A stretch of DNA of 64,000 nt, taken from Candidatus Cloacimonadota bacterium (lineage in GTDB: Bacteria; Cloacimonadota; Cloacimonadia; G963667145). Shown here piece by piece: positions 17,734 through 28,309 of this stretch. The translations under genes and the position numbers were made by a program. Location: NCBI GenBank assembly GCA_963667255.1, contig OY762940.1, positions 1,344,001 to 1,408,000 on the forward strand, written 5' to 3'. The notes under the pieces are model-generated. The model ran no database searches, had not been told where the DNA came from, and worked only from the letters and a program-made list of their open reading frames with translations. Each line of letters begins with the position of its first letter. The first letter of the stretch is position 1.

Positions 17734-18939
17734 TTACACATTTTTTACAATTATAGCTGTGCCCATTCCTCCACCGATACACAAAGAAGCAAGACCAAGT
17801 TTTGCCTTGGTTTTTTTCATTTCATGAATCAGGGTAACGGCAATTCTATTACCGCTGGCACCAACTGGATGACCAAGAGCTATAGCACCCCCATTAACAT
17901 TGCAAATTCTCAAAAAATCTTCCTTTTTCACGCCATGCTCTTCTTCGAGTTCATTAATCACGCCTATACTTTGACCAGCAAAAGCCTCATTCAACTCAAT
18001 AAGCTCCATATCTTTCAAGCTAAGATCGGCAAATTTAAGAGCGTTTCTAATAGCGAGAACAGGACCAAGACCCATAACTGAAGGGTCTACACCACCTTGA
18101 CCAATGCCAATAAGCTCTACCAAAGGAGTAAGATTATATTTTTTGAGAGCCTCTTCACTTACTACCAACATAAAACTTGCACCATCGTTGATTCCTGAAC
18201 TATTACCGGCAGTAACGCTTCCGTCTTTTTTGAAAGCTGGACGAAGTTTACCAAGTTTCTCAAGATTTGTAGCACGATTTGGATATTCATCTTGATCAAC
18301 TACAACATCACCTTTCCTGGTTTTTACAACAACCTCAACAATTTCATCTTTGAAACGACCACTATCTATAGCTTTGATGGCTTTGGATTGAGAAGTGAAA
18401 GCAAATTCATCTTGTTCTTCTCTAGAAATATTGTGCTTTGCAACAACATTTTCCGCAGTAATCCCCATATGATATTTGTTATAAACATCTGTAAGAGCGT
18501 CATTAATCATATGATCTACCAAAGTCATATCACCCATTTTCATTCCAGCTCTTACTTTTGAAGGTATCAACATCGGAGCCAAACTCATAGACTCGGTGCC
18601 TCCGGCAATTATCAAATGACTAATACCAGCTTTAATACTGGCATAAGCGTTCATAACAGCTTTCATACCACTACCACAGACCATGTTAATGCTATGACCT
18701 GTAACCTCTTTGGGGATACCGGACAAAAGAGCTACCTGTCTTCCTATCCCTTGACCATGACCTGCAGGCAAAATATTACCGGCAATAACTTCATCGATAT
18801 CTTCTTTGGGGACACCTGTTTCTTCCAAAATATTTTTTACAACTATAGCACCCATCTCTCCAGGTGAAACTGTGGACAACGAACCCATGAACGAACCTAT
18901 AGCTGTTCTTTTAGCAGATACAATAAATACTCTACTCAT
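17734..18939 (-). CDS. thlA: Acetyl-CoA C-acetyltransferase (thiolase)
   Basis: NMVCGSG, NEAFA, GGAIALGHPVGASG and LCIGGGMG. The ATG at 18939 has an upstream GGAG. Confidence 0.92.
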   Translation of the reverse strand: MSRVFIVSAKRTAIGSFMGSLSTVSPGEMGAIVVKNILEETGVPKEDIDEVIAGNILPAGHGQGIGRQVALLSGIPKEVTGHSINMVCGSGMKAVMNAYASIKAGISHLIIAGGTESMSLAPMLIPSKVRAGMKMGDMTLVDHMINDALTDVYNKYHMGITAENVVAKHNISREEQDEFAFTSQSKAIKAIDSGRFKDEIVEVVVKTRKGDVVVDQDEYPNRATNLEKLGKLRPAFKKDGSVTAGNSSGINDGASFMLVVSEEALKKYNLTPLVELIGIGQGGVDPSVMGLGPVLAIRNALKFADLSLKDMELIELNEAFAGQSIGVINELEEEHGVKKEDFLRICNVNGGAIALGHPVGASGNRIAVTLIHEMKKTKAKLGLASLCIGGGMGTAIIVKNV

Positions 18940-19089
18940 TTTTTTTATCTCCATTTTAAATACAATTATAACTCACACAAAATTTCACTAATGCACAATT
19001 GCTTAATAAATTCTTAATTTTTGCAAATTTTGTAGCAAAAAATCTTCTGACAATCTAATTTTTTCTAAGAAATCGTTAAATTTTTATCC

Positions 19090-19127
19090 AAAAAAAGACG
19101 CATTCTCCACTGAGAAGAACGCGTCTT
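19090..19127 (-). terminator. Intrinsic terminator after permease
   Basis: AAGACGC-TTCT...AGAA-GCGTCTT hairpin with a T7 tract on the minus strand. Confidence 0.7.
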
Positions 19128-19141
19128 CCAGTGTATTAAAT

Positions 19142-20467
19142 TTAAGCAATACCCATTGAGCCCAGAATAATACCAACAACAGTAGCGACAAATGGAACAC
19201 CGATAGTACACATAGCCAAGTTAAGATAAGATTGTTTGTGGTCCAATTTACAAACTGAAAGCAAAGTGATAACAGCACCGCAGTGTGGCAAACTATCCAA
19301 CACGCCAGCAGCTATAATCATTACCCTGTGAACAACACCTGCGTTCATTCCGTTGGCAACAATAATTTGGTTAAAGGTCTCTCCCAAAGCTTCGAGAGTG
19401 AGAGCTGTACCACCTGAAGCCGAACCGATAACACCTGCCAAAGCGGTAGTTGCAAAAGAGATAGATATCAGTGGAGGACCAGGCAAAGACATAACAGCAG
19501 CTTTAAGGATAGCAAAAGCAGACAAAGCTTTGATAACACTACCGTAACCAACCTCGCAAGATGTGTTCATGATTGGTAAAAGAGATCCAATGGCACCGGC
19601 ATTAACTTCGCCTTTGATATCATCAATATAAGATCTGAAGATGATAATACAATAAACGATAGTAATAGCCAAAGCTAAAACTACAGGCCAAATACCTTTA
19701 AAAAGTCCTGATTTAGTAGCAGCAAAGTTAATGATGAAAACAAGAATAATAGGTGAAAGAGCTAACCAGAAGGAAGGAATTTTTTCATGACTTGTTTCTA
19801 CACCTTCATTAGTATGGTCACCATAAAATTCTCCTTTAGCATTAGCTTTTCTTGCTCTACTATTAAGCCACATAACGCCTAAAACATACTCAACTGCACC
19901 ACAGATAATTCCCAAAATCGGAGCCGCAAAAGTATCAGTTCCAAAATAAGGGATTGGGATAGTGTTGATGTATTGAGGTGAACCAGGCAGGGCTGTCATA
20001 GCAAAAGTAAACGCACCCAAAGCGATAGATGCAGGCAATAATCTTTTTGGCACACCGGCTTCTCTATAGAGAGTAGCACCGAGAGGGTAAATAGCAAACA
20101 CAACAACAAACAAAGAAACACCTCCATAAACCAAAAGACCTGTAGCAGTAACTACTGCAAGGATAGCCTTGTCTTTCCCTAATTTTTCTGATATAAAGTG
20201 TGAAACAGACTTAGCAGCCCCAGACACTCCCATCAGCTTACCAAAGATAGCACCGGTAATAAATACTGGGAAATAACTAGCAAAATATTTTGCAGCACCT
20301 GGCATAAATTTAGTACCGTATGCCTCAAAAAGTCCAAATTCACCTCCTGTTAAGATAATGGCGAGCATAGCCATCAGTGGTGCCAATACCAACACCGTGA
20401 TTCCACGATATGCAAAGAACATAAGACAAGCCAAAGAAATAATAATTCCTATAACATGCATATTCAA
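19142..20467 (-). CDS. GntP-family short-chain organic acid permease
   Basis: YGGVSLFVVVF, ALPGSPQ, GSASGG and LDSLPHCGAVIT; many transmembrane segments. Confidence 0.8.
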   Translation of the reverse strand: MNMHVIGIIISLACLMFFAYRGITVLVLAPLMAMLAIILTGGEFGLFEAYGTKFMPGAAKYFASYFPVFITGAIFGKLMGVSGAAKSVSHFISEKLGKDKAILAVVTATGLLVYGGVSLFVVVFAIYPLGATLYREAGVPKRLLPASIALGAFTFAMTALPGSPQYINTIPIPYFGTDTFAAPILGIICGAVEYVLGVMWLNSRARKANAKGEFYGDHTNEGVETSHEKIPSFWLALSPIILVFIINFAATKSGLFKGIWPVVLALAITIVYCIIIFRSYIDDIKGEVNAGAIGSLLPIMNTSCEVGYGSVIKALSAFAILKAAVMSLPGPPLISISFATTALAGVIGSASGGTALTLEALGETFNQIIVANGMNAGVVHRVMIIAAGVLDSLPHCGAVITLLSVCKLDHKQSYLNLAMCTIGVPFVATVVGIILGSMGIA

Positions 20468-20520
20468 TTCCTCCTGTTTTTTTTGTTTTTAAGCTAAGTA
20501 AGCTTAAATTTCTTCTTTAA

Positions 20521-22074
20521 TTATATTTCCAATTTCATTAATTCATCTTTGAAAATTCTGGCATCCATCTCTTTCAAATCATCTGAAATAGCAGGTTTGA
20601 ACTCCATCAAGTCCAAGACATCTTTTTGCAAATCAATCCCGGGAGCAATCTCAGTAAGAGTTATACCTTTTTTAGTCAACTCGAACACAGCTCTCTCAGT
20701 GATGTATTTGACAGGTTGTCCTTTCTCGATAGCGTAATCACCACTAAAAGTAACTTGCTCAACTTCTTTGATGAATTTTTTAACTTTACCTTCATTTTCA
20801 ATAACAAGCTTGCCATTGTCAGCTTTCACTTTCAATCCACCTGCAGTAAAACTACCGCAATAAGCAACTACCTTAGCATTTTGAGTAATGTTGATGAAAC
20901 CCCCACAACCGGCAATTTTAGGACCAAATTTAGAAACATTTATATTTCCTTTAGCGTCACATTGAGCCAACCCAAGAAAAGCCAAATCTAAACCACCACC
21001 ATCATAGAAATCAAATTGATAAGGTTGATCCAAAATAGCTTCAGGATGGGCAGCAGCACCAAAACTTTTGCCACCAGCGGGAACACCACCGATAGGTCCA
21101 GCTTCTACAGTAAGCACCATTTTGTCGCCTTGACCTTCTTCGTTAGCAACAACAGCTACTCCCTCAGGGACACCAATGCCAAGATTAACAATTGCATTAG
21201 GAATGAGTTCCATAGCACCTCTTCTGGCAATGATTTTCCTCATATCAAGAGGCATAGGTTGAATGGTAGCACTCGTTCCAGGTTTGTTTTCACAATACTC
21301 TTTATTAAAAGCTTCGGCATAGGTTTGCATATGATTTGCTTCATCCTTGCTCACAACAACAGTATCTACATAAATACCAGGAATTTTAATAAGTTTTGGA
21401 TCCAATTCACCAACTTTCACAACCTTTTTAACTTGCACAATTACTTTGCCACCGGAGTTTTTGCAAGCAGCAGCTATAGACAAGTTTTCGCCTGTGATAG
21501 CTTCTTCTTCCATGGTAATGTTACCGTTTTCATCAGCAAAACTTCCTCTCAAGAAAGCTACATCAATCGGGAGAAGTTTATATTTCAAATACTCTTTCCC
21601 ATCAATCTCAATAACATCTACCACATCTTCTTTGGTAATGCTGTTGATTTTACCACCTTCAACCCTGGGATCAACAAAAGTCTTCAAACCAACATGAGTA
21701 ATAGTAGCAGGTTTTTTGGCAGCAATATCTCTAAACATATGAGAAATAACGCCTTGAGGCAAATTGTATCCCTCAATCTTCTCTTCAAGAGCAAGAGCCT
21801 GAACCTTGGGTATCAATCCCCAGTGACCACCAATTACTCTTTTCAAAAGTCCTTGATGTCCGAAATAGTTTAAGCCTTTGTTACCACCATCTCCTTGACC
21901 CGCAGCAAAAATAAGAGTCAAATTTTCAGGCTTACCTTCACTCAAAAATCTTTTTTCCAAAGCCATTTCCAACTCTTCAGGCACACAGCTTCCAACAAAA
22001 CCACCGGTAGCAATAACCGCATTGTCTGGAACTAATTTTGCAGCCTCTTCGGCACTAACAATATTAACTTTCAT
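20521..22074 (-). CDS. Family I CoA-transferase (propionate CoA-transferase/YdiF-like)
   Basis: AAGQGD, YNLPQG, GLKTFVDPR, VNLGIGVP, catalytic TVEAG and QFDFYDGGGLD. Confidence 0.9.
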   Translation of the reverse strand: MKVNIVSAEEAAKLVPDNAVIATGGFVGSCVPEELEMALEKRFLSEGKPENLTLIFAAGQGDGGNKGLNYFGHQGLLKRVIGGHWGLIPKVQALALEEKIEGYNLPQGVISHMFRDIAAKKPATITHVGLKTFVDPRVEGGKINSITKEDVVDVIEIDGKEYLKYKLLPIDVAFLRGSFADENGNITMEEEAITGENLSIAAACKNSGGKVIVQVKKVVKVGELDPKLIKIPGIYVDTVVVSKDEANHMQTYAEAFNKEYCENKPGTSATIQPMPLDMRKIIARRGAMELIPNAIVNLGIGVPEGVAVVANEEGQGDKMVLTVEAGPIGGVPAGGKSFGAAAHPEAILDQPYQFDFYDGGGLDLAFLGLAQCDAKGNINVSKFGPKIAGCGGFINITQNAKVVAYCGSFTAGGLKVKADNGKLVIENEGKVKKFIKEVEQVTFSGDYAIEKGQPVKYITERAVFELTKKGITLTEIAPGIDLQKDVLDLMEFKPAISDDLKEMDARIFKDELMKLEI

Positions 22075-22120
22075 AGTACTCCCCTTATATTTTTTTTATT
22101 TTTTAAGAATTAAAAGCTAA

Positions 22121-22975
22121 TTATTTGTAATCGTAAAACCCTTTACCGGTCTTTCTACCAAGCCAACCAGCTTCGACATATTTCTTCAAAAGAGGACAAG
22201 GTCTATATTTGGAATCTCCAAATCCATCATACAAAACATTCATAATAGCAAGACAAGTATCAAGACCTATCAAATCGGCAAGAGCAAGAGGACCCATAGG
22301 ATGATTGGCACCAAATCTCATAATATTATCAATATCTTCTTTGGAGCCTACACCATGATACAAAGCATAAATAGCTTCGTTCAGCATAGGAATGAGTATT
22401 CTATTTAAGGCAAATCCGGGATAGTCGTTAGCCAATCCGGGAACTTTGTTCAACTTTTCACTCAATTTCCAGACAATATCAAATGTTTCATCACTGGTAG
22501 CCAAACCTCTGATGATCTCAATCAACTTCATCACAGGCACAGGATTCATAAAGTGCATACCAATAACTTTTTCCGGTCTGCTGGTAATTTTAGCAATTCT
22601 TCCGATAGGAATGGACGAAGTATTAGTAGCAAGAATAGCATCTTTTTTACAAATTTCATCCAAATTTTTGAAAATAGCAAATTTGATCTCTTCTACTTCA
22701 CTAGCAGCCTCTACCACAATATCAACATCTTTCATAGCAGAAATATCTGTAGTGACAGCAATTCTGCTCAAAATCTCTTTCTTTTGCTCTTCAGTTATTT
22801 TCTCTTTGCTCACCATTCTAGACAAATTTTTATCAATAGTAGCAAGACCTCTTTGAACAAATTCGTCTTTTATATCACACATTATAACATTAAGAGCACC
22901 TTCATTTGCAGAAACTTGAGCAATGCCATTACCCATTTGTCCTGCACCAACAACTCCAATCGTTTTTATCTCCAT
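22121..22975 (-). CDS. hbd: 3-hydroxybutyryl-CoA dehydrogenase
   Basis: [23 protein letters not shown] and [15 protein letters not shown]. Confidence 0.93.
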   Translation of the reverse strand: MEIKTIGVVGAGQMGNGIAQVSANEGALNVIMCDIKDEFVQRGLATIDKNLSRMVSKEKITEEQKKEILSRIAVTTDISAMKDVDIVVEAASEVEEIKFAIFKNLDEICKKDAILATNTSSIPIGRIAKITSRPEKVIGMHFMNPVPVMKLIEIIRGLATSDETFDIVWKLSEKLNKVPGLANDYPGFALNRILIPMLNEAIYALYHGVGSKEDIDNIMRFGANHPMGPLALADLIGLDTCLAIMNVLYDGFGDSKYRPCPLLKKYVEAGWLGRKTGKGFYDYK

Positions 22976-23112
22976 AATTAATCCCTCCTAAAATTTTCAA
23001 TAGTTTAATCCTGCAAATAGGATAAATTCAATCCCACATTATACAGGAATTAGTAGCAATTTAGCTACAACACAAGTGTTCTAAACACAATCTTCTTTAT
23101 AATTTTCAGATA

Positions 23113-23141
23113 GCTTGCTTCCCAATTTTTGGGAAGCAAGC
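23113..23141. terminator. Strong hairpin between etfA and hbd (terminator or mRNA stabiliser)
   Basis: 13-bp perfect stem GCTTGCTTCCCAA/TTGGGAAGCAAGC; no clear minus-strand T-tract. Confidence 0.55.
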
Positions 23142-23154
23142 ACAATTTTACGAA

Positions 23155-24168
23155 TTAAGCACTCTTATCAGCTTTAATTTTTTTGATTTTTTCTGTTACC
23201 AAAGGAATAACTTTGAACAAATCACCAACAATACCCAAGTCTGCATTATTAAAAATAGCAGCACCCTTATCCTTATTGATAGCAATGATGAATTCAGATT
23301 CTTCCATACCGGCAACATGTTGAATAGCTCCAGAAATTCCGCAGGCAAAATAAACATTAGGTCTAACAGTTTTACCTGTTTGTCCAACTTGTCTATCGTG
23401 AGGCATCCATCCTGAGTCAACAGCAGCTCTGGAAGAAGAAACAACAGCATCAATCTCACCAGCTAATCCTTCCAACAAGTTAAAGTTCTCAGGACCACCC
23501 ATTCCTCTACCACCAGAAACCAAAATATTAGCCTCTGTAATATCAATTTTGTTGGCAGCTTCTTTTACAATATCCAAAACCTTTACTTTCATTTTGGCTT
23601 CGTCTAAGCTAACAGCAAGTTTTTCAATATCACCTTTTCTTGCCTCATCTTTTTCGTTCTTAGGCATAACACCAGGACGAACCGTAGACATCTGAGGTCT
23701 GTGATTAGGGCACATAATGGTAGCCATGAGGTTACCACCAAAAGCAGGTCTAGTCATAAGAAGACCCATATCTTCGCCAATATCCAACTTGGTACAATCA
23801 GCTGTCAAACCTGTTCCCAATCTAGAAGAAACTCTAGGAGCAAGGTCTCTACCCAAAGTGGTAGCACCCATGAGAACGATTTCCGGTTTCTTTTCGTTAA
23901 TAACTTTAGTAAAAATTTGGGCATAAGCTTCAGTATCATAAATACCCAATTTTTTATCATCTGCAACTATTACTTTGTCAGCACCGTATGCTATTAAATC
24001 TTTTGCCAATCCTCCAATATTATCACCCAAAAGAAGAGCAGAAACTTCTACATTTAAAGGTTCAGCAAGTTCTCTAGCTTTTCCTATAAGCTCTAAAGCA
24101 ACATTTTGTATTTTACATTCTCTTTGTTCTGCAAAGACAAGAATTCCTTTATAATCTTTAATGTTCAT
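23155..24168 (-). CDS. etfA: Electron transfer flavoprotein alpha
   Basis: GLTADCT, TRPAFGGN, QVGQTGKTV and GISGAIQH. Confidence 0.93.
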   Translation of the reverse strand: MNIKDYKGILVFAEQRECKIQNVALELIGKARELAEPLNVEVSALLLGDNIGGLAKDLIAYGADKVIVADDKKLGIYDTEAYAQIFTKVINEKKPEIVLMGATTLGRDLAPRVSSRLGTGLTADCTKLDIGEDMGLLMTRPAFGGNLMATIMCPNHRPQMSTVRPGVMPKNEKDEARKGDIEKLAVSLDEAKMKVKVLDIVKEAANKIDITEANILVSGGRGMGGPENFNLLEGLAGEIDAVVSSSRAAVDSGWMPHDRQVGQTGKTVRPNVYFACGISGAIQHVAGMEESEFIIAINKDKGAAIFNNADLGIVGDLFKVIPLVTEKIKKIKADKSA

Positions 24169-24179
24169 TGTAATCTCCG

Positions 24180-24962
24180 TTATATTATAAACATTTCTTT
24201 CAATTTGTCTACGATGATGTCAGCTGCAACTTTAGGCTCAACTTCGTGTACCTTACCAGCTTGTTTCGCACCCTTTGTGAAAGATTTTTTCACTTTGGTC
24301 GGAGAACCATCAAGCCCTAATTTAGTCTCATCAACAGTGATATTATCCACTGTCCAAATCTCAACTTCTTTATCAAAAGCTTCTACAATCCCTCTGATAT
24401 GCATATATCTTGGTTTGTTAGCTTCCGACAATACAGTAAGCAGACATGGAGCTTTAACCTCTACCAAATAATAACCGTCTTCTATAGCTCTTTTGATTTT
24501 CAGAACATTATCTTTTCCAAACTCCAACTCTTTGACATATGATACTTGTGGCAAATCAAGATGCTCTGCTATTTGAGGTCCCACTTGTGCAGTATCGCCA
24601 TCAATAGCTTGTCTACCCGCAATGATAATATCATATTCAAGACCTTTGATAGCAGCAGCCAAAGCTGTAGAGGTAGCCAAAGTATCTGAACCGGCAAATT
24701 TTCTATCGGTTAACAAAATTCCTCTATCAGCACCCATAGCAAACGCTTCTCTCAAGATAGCATCAGCTTGAGGAGGACCCATTGTTATCGCTGTAATATG
24801 TGCACCATATTTATCTTTAAGAACTAAGGCCTCTTCCAAAGCTGCCTTATCATCCGGATTCATAATACTAGGAACACCATCCCTTATCAATGTACCTGTC
24901 ACAGGATCTAGTCTGATTTCAGTTGTATCAGGAACCTGTTTCATACAAACTACTATTTTCAT
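24180..24962 (-). CDS. etfB: Electron transfer flavoprotein beta
   Basis: CMKQVPDT, FAGSDTLAT and AIDGDTAQVGP. Confidence 0.93.
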   Translation of the reverse strand: MKIVVCMKQVPDTTEIRLDPVTGTLIRDGVPSIMNPDDKAALEEALVLKDKYGAHITAITMGPPQADAILREAFAMGADRGILLTDRKFAGSDTLATSTALAAAIKGLEYDIIIAGRQAIDGDTAQVGPQIAEHLDLPQVSYVKELEFGKDNVLKIKRAIEDGYYLVEVKAPCLLTVLSEANKPRYMHIRGIVEAFDKEVEIWTVDNITVDETKLGLDGSPTKVKKSFTKGAKQAGKVHEVEPKVAADIIVDKLKEMFII

Positions 24963-25008
24963 TATTTCTCCCCTAAAATTTCATTATTAGTTCAAGCATA
25001 TTAAGATA

Positions 25009-26157
25009 CTAACTTAATATTGATCCTGCTATTACCATTCTTTGAACTTCAGATGTGCCTTCATAAATTTCAGTAATCTTAGCATCTCTCATCATTCTCT
25101 CCAACGGATACTCTCTTGTGTATCCATAACCACCGTGAAGCTGAACAGCTTTAGTGGTAACTTCCATAGCAGTTTCTGCAGCAAACAACTTTGCTGTAGC
25201 AGCATCTACGGAATAAGGAATGTGATTAGTTTTTTTCCAGGCAGCTTTATAAACTAATAATCTTGCAGCTTCCACTTTGGCATACATATCTGCAAGTTGG
25301 AATTGAGTATTTTGGAATTTAGCGATTGCTTTACCAAATTGTTTTCTTTCCTTAACATAACTGACAGTTTCGTCCAAAGCTCCTTGAGCAAGACCCAAAG
25401 CTTGAGCGGCAATACCAATTCTACCACCATCAAGTGTCATCATAGCGATTTTGAAACCTTTACCTTCTTGTCCAAGAAGATTCTCTTTGGGAAGTCTACA
25501 ATCTTCCATAATCAGCTCGCAAGTTGCAGAACCTCTAATTCCCATTTTTTTCTCTTTTTTGCCAACACTAAATCCGGGAGTATCAGCTTCAAGAATAAAA
25601 GCAGAAATACCTTTTAACCCTTTAGACCTGTCGGTCATTCCGATTATAATATAAATGTGAGCATAGCCTGAATTGGTAATAAAAATTTTAGACCCATTCA
25701 AAACCCACTCGTTTGTTTTTTCATCAAAATAAGCTGTAGTTTGTTGTCCGGCAGCATCAGTTCCTGCATTAGGTTCAGTCAAACCAAAAGCACCTAACCA
25801 TTCACCACTAGCCATTTTAGGCAGATACTTATCTTTTTGCTCTTGGGTGCCAAATTCCAAAATAGGACCCATTCCCAAAGAGGTGTGTGCTGATAAAATA
25901 ACTCCTGTAGTTCCACAAGCTTTTGATAACTCTTCTACTGCCATAGCATACATCAAGTTATCTCCACCTGCTCCGCCATATTCTTTCGGAATTGGGACAG
26001 ACATCAATCCCATTTTACTCATTTTCTCGACAGTCTCTATGGGGAATCTTTCTTCTTCGTCAATTTCTTCAGCTATTGGCTTAACCTCTTTCTCTACGAA
26101 TTCCCTTATACATTGCCTAAATAGTTCATGTGTTTTTGGAATCTCAAAATGCATCAT
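25009..26157 (-). CDS. bcd: Butyryl-CoA dehydrogenase
   Basis: AFGLTEPNAGTDA, GSKIFITN, TLDGGRIGIA and IYEGTSEVQ; adjacent to etfBA. Confidence 0.92.
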   Translation of the reverse strand: MMHFEIPKTHELFRQCIREFVEKEVKPIAEEIDEEERFPIETVEKMSKMGLMSVPIPKEYGGAGGDNLMYAMAVEELSKACGTTGVILSAHTSLGMGPILEFGTQEQKDKYLPKMASGEWLGAFGLTEPNAGTDAAGQQTTAYFDEKTNEWVLNGSKIFITNSGYAHIYIIIGMTDRSKGLKGISAFILEADTPGFSVGKKEKKMGIRGSATCELIMEDCRLPKENLLGQEGKGFKIAMMTLDGGRIGIAAQALGLAQGALDETVSYVKERKQFGKAIAKFQNTQFQLADMYAKVEAARLLVYKAAWKKTNHIPYSVDAATAKLFAAETAMEVTTKAVQLHGGYGYTREYPLERMMRDAKITEIYEGTSEVQRMVIAGSILS

Positions 26158-26209
26158 TTCCTCCTATTACTTCTCTTTTTTTTCTAAAATATTTCGCAAA
26201 AGCAGAAAA

Positions 26210-26617
26210 CTAAGCTTTTTGCATAATGGTAGCTTTACCTTTGATTAAAACCGTATCATCTTGATTATAGCAATTAGTTTCCAAAATAACAAAATTTTTC
26301 TCAGGAATAAGCTCAATAACCTTGGCTTTAGCTGTTACAGTATCGCCAATGCGTACAGGAGCCACAAATTTGAGCTCTTGACCCAAATAAATACACCCTT
26401 CACCCGGCAATTTAGTGCCCAAAACAGCAGAAATAAAACCAGCACTCAACATTCCGTGTGCAATTCTAGTCTTAAACATAGTTTTCTTAGCATGTTCTTC
26501 GTTCAGGTGAGCCGGATTGGTATCCAAAGTGATACCAGCGTACATAACAACATCAGTTTCAGTAACAGTTTTGGTAACTGAAGCTTCCATTCCTAATTTA
26601 ATATCCTCAAATTTCAT
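26210..26617 (-). CDS. MaoC-family (R)-specific enoyl-CoA hydratase
   Basis: DTNPAHLN, RIAHGML and LPGEG motifs. Confidence 0.88.
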   Translation of the reverse strand: MKFEDIKLGMEASVTKTVTETDVVMYAGITLDTNPAHLNEEHAKKTMFKTRIAHGMLSAGFISAVLGTKLPGEGCIYLGQELKFVAPVRIGDTVTAKAKVIELIPEKNFVILETNCYNQDDTVLIKGKATIMQKA

Positions 26618-27004
26618 TTCGAGACCTCCTCAATCTCACGACAAAACGCAGATATTCCCTTCCGTTTCAAAGAAACAACCTTTGTTTTATCCTCTATTTT
26701 ATTTTTTTTGTACACATTATAAAGAACACAGGCAAAATACAACCACAACTACTCTGAACGAAAAAATAAAATGAAACAATCAATAGTTTTTAAACCATGG
26801 AATTCTAAGCCGTGTGAACGATCACCCTTCTAATATTTGCTTTTTTTTTTGTCAATAGTTAAATTATACTTATTTTTATTTCACCAATAGAAACTTTTCA
26901 AGAATCCCTTTTCTCGTTGTAATCATAAGCAATTAGCTTTGTCGTATCTTCTCATAAAATTTAATTTTCCATATTAAAAAATTAGAAAAATGGAAATTTT
27001 GAAC

Positions 27005-27037
27005 AAAAAAAAAGGCGTATCTAAAAAAATACACCTT
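27005..27037 (-). terminator. Intrinsic terminator after cinA
   Basis: AAGG(C)GTAT...ATAC(A)CCTT hairpin with a T9 tract on the minus strand. Confidence 0.65.
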
Positions 27038-27067
27038 ACAAAATTATTTTCTTATTGTAATTAAATT

Positions 27068-28300
27068 CTATAAAACTTCTTTACCTTTTAAAAAAATCAA
27101 AAGTTTTCCAGCAAAGAAATTGGAAGCAAACATTCGCACTGTGTTTCTGTCGCCTCTGAACACTCTGCTAAACGAAAAAACCTCTTCATCGTAGTAAATA
27201 GCAAACCAAACCAAGCCGACCGGCTTTTCCGCAGAACCTCCGTCAGGACCGGCGATTCCCGTGATAGCTCCTGCAAGCCTTGTGCCAAATTTCACAGCAA
27301 CGCCACAAGCCATAGCTTCCGCTACTTCTTGACTAACAGCACCCTTTGCCTGCAATAGCTCCTCATCAACACATAGAATATTCTTCTTAATCTCGTTGCT
27401 GTAGCTGACAACTCCACCAACAAAATAAGCAGAACTTCCAGGAATATTTACAACTGACGAAGAAAAAAGTCCGCCCGTGCAAGACTCTGCCATAGCAAAA
27501 GTTAACTTACTATCAATCAATTTACTGTGCAGTGAAGAAAACAAATCTTGTTCTCCCCGAGCAACAATATTTGCGGAAAATTTGTCTTCGATTGTTCTCA
27601 ACAATTCGGCACAATCTGCAAAATTTTCTCCATAAACTCGCAAGATAATAGAACCACCCTGTGGCAAATAAGCTAAGTTCACACCTTCTTTGATGATAAT
27701 TTCTTCCATCTTTTCGGCTATCAAAGCCTCGGGCAAACCAAACATTCTCACAGAGTTCAAATAAAATTTTTGAGGAGGAGAGATAAGTTTAATTTTCGGC
27801 AGAACAAGAGTATCCATAAAATATTTCATCTCGGAAGGCACACCGGGCAAAATAAAAATTTTCTTCTCATCGTCAACCTTGTATAGAGCAGGAGCAGTTC
27901 CAACTTCGTTTGGAAATACTTGAAAACTCTCAGGAACAAGAGCTTGAGCTTTATTATTTTTTGGAGGAATTTGCCCCGTAAATTTCATATACATATCACT
28001 TATTTGTAGCCAGATTTTATCATCAAAAAGCAATTTTCTCCCAAAATATTCGGAAATCGCTCCTCGGGTAATATCATCGTCGGTAGGTCCCAATCCTCCG
28101 GTGCACACCACTACCGAAGCCAAACTGTAAGAGTAATCCAAAATTTTTAAGATATCCTCTTTTTTATCTCTGCAAACCAAATTCGCAACAACACTATACC
28201 CAAACTCAGTTAATTTTTCGCCGATGAAACAGACATTTGTATTTACTGTTTTGCCCATCAACAGTTCATTGCCAATAGACAAAATGACTATTTTTAGCAT
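27068..28300 (-). CDS. cinA: CinA (MoCF-like domain plus NMN deamidase PncC)
   Basis: IGNELLMG, TGGLGPTDDDIT, LPGVPSEM, AESCTGG and TGIAGPDGG. Confidence 0.92.
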   Translation of the reverse strand: MLKIVILSIGNELLMGKTVNTNVCFIGEKLTEFGYSVVANLVCRDKKEDILKILDYSYSLASVVVCTGGLGPTDDDITRGAISEYFGRKLLFDDKIWLQISDMYMKFTGQIPPKNNKAQALVPESFQVFPNEVGTAPALYKVDDEKKIFILPGVPSEMKYFMDTLVLPKIKLISPPQKFYLNSVRMFGLPEALIAEKMEEIIIKEGVNLAYLPQGGSIILRVYGENFADCAELLRTIEDKFSANIVARGEQDLFSSLHSKLIDSKLTFAMAESCTGGLFSSSVVNIPGSSAYFVGGVVSYSNEIKKNILCVDEELLQAKGAVSQEVAEAMACGVAVKFGTRLAGAITGIAGPDGGSAEKPVGLVWFAIYYDEEVFSFSRVFRGDRNTVRMFASNFFAGKLLIFLKGKEVL

Positions 28301-28309
28301 ATGACCTCT

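Noticed and set aside
26812..26855. GTGA-ACGA-TCAC dyad and a T10 tract beside TTGACA upstream of maoC
   Set aside because: The dyad is too short for a Rex box and the -10 is unconvincing; homopolymers are common in this AT-rich intergenic DNA.
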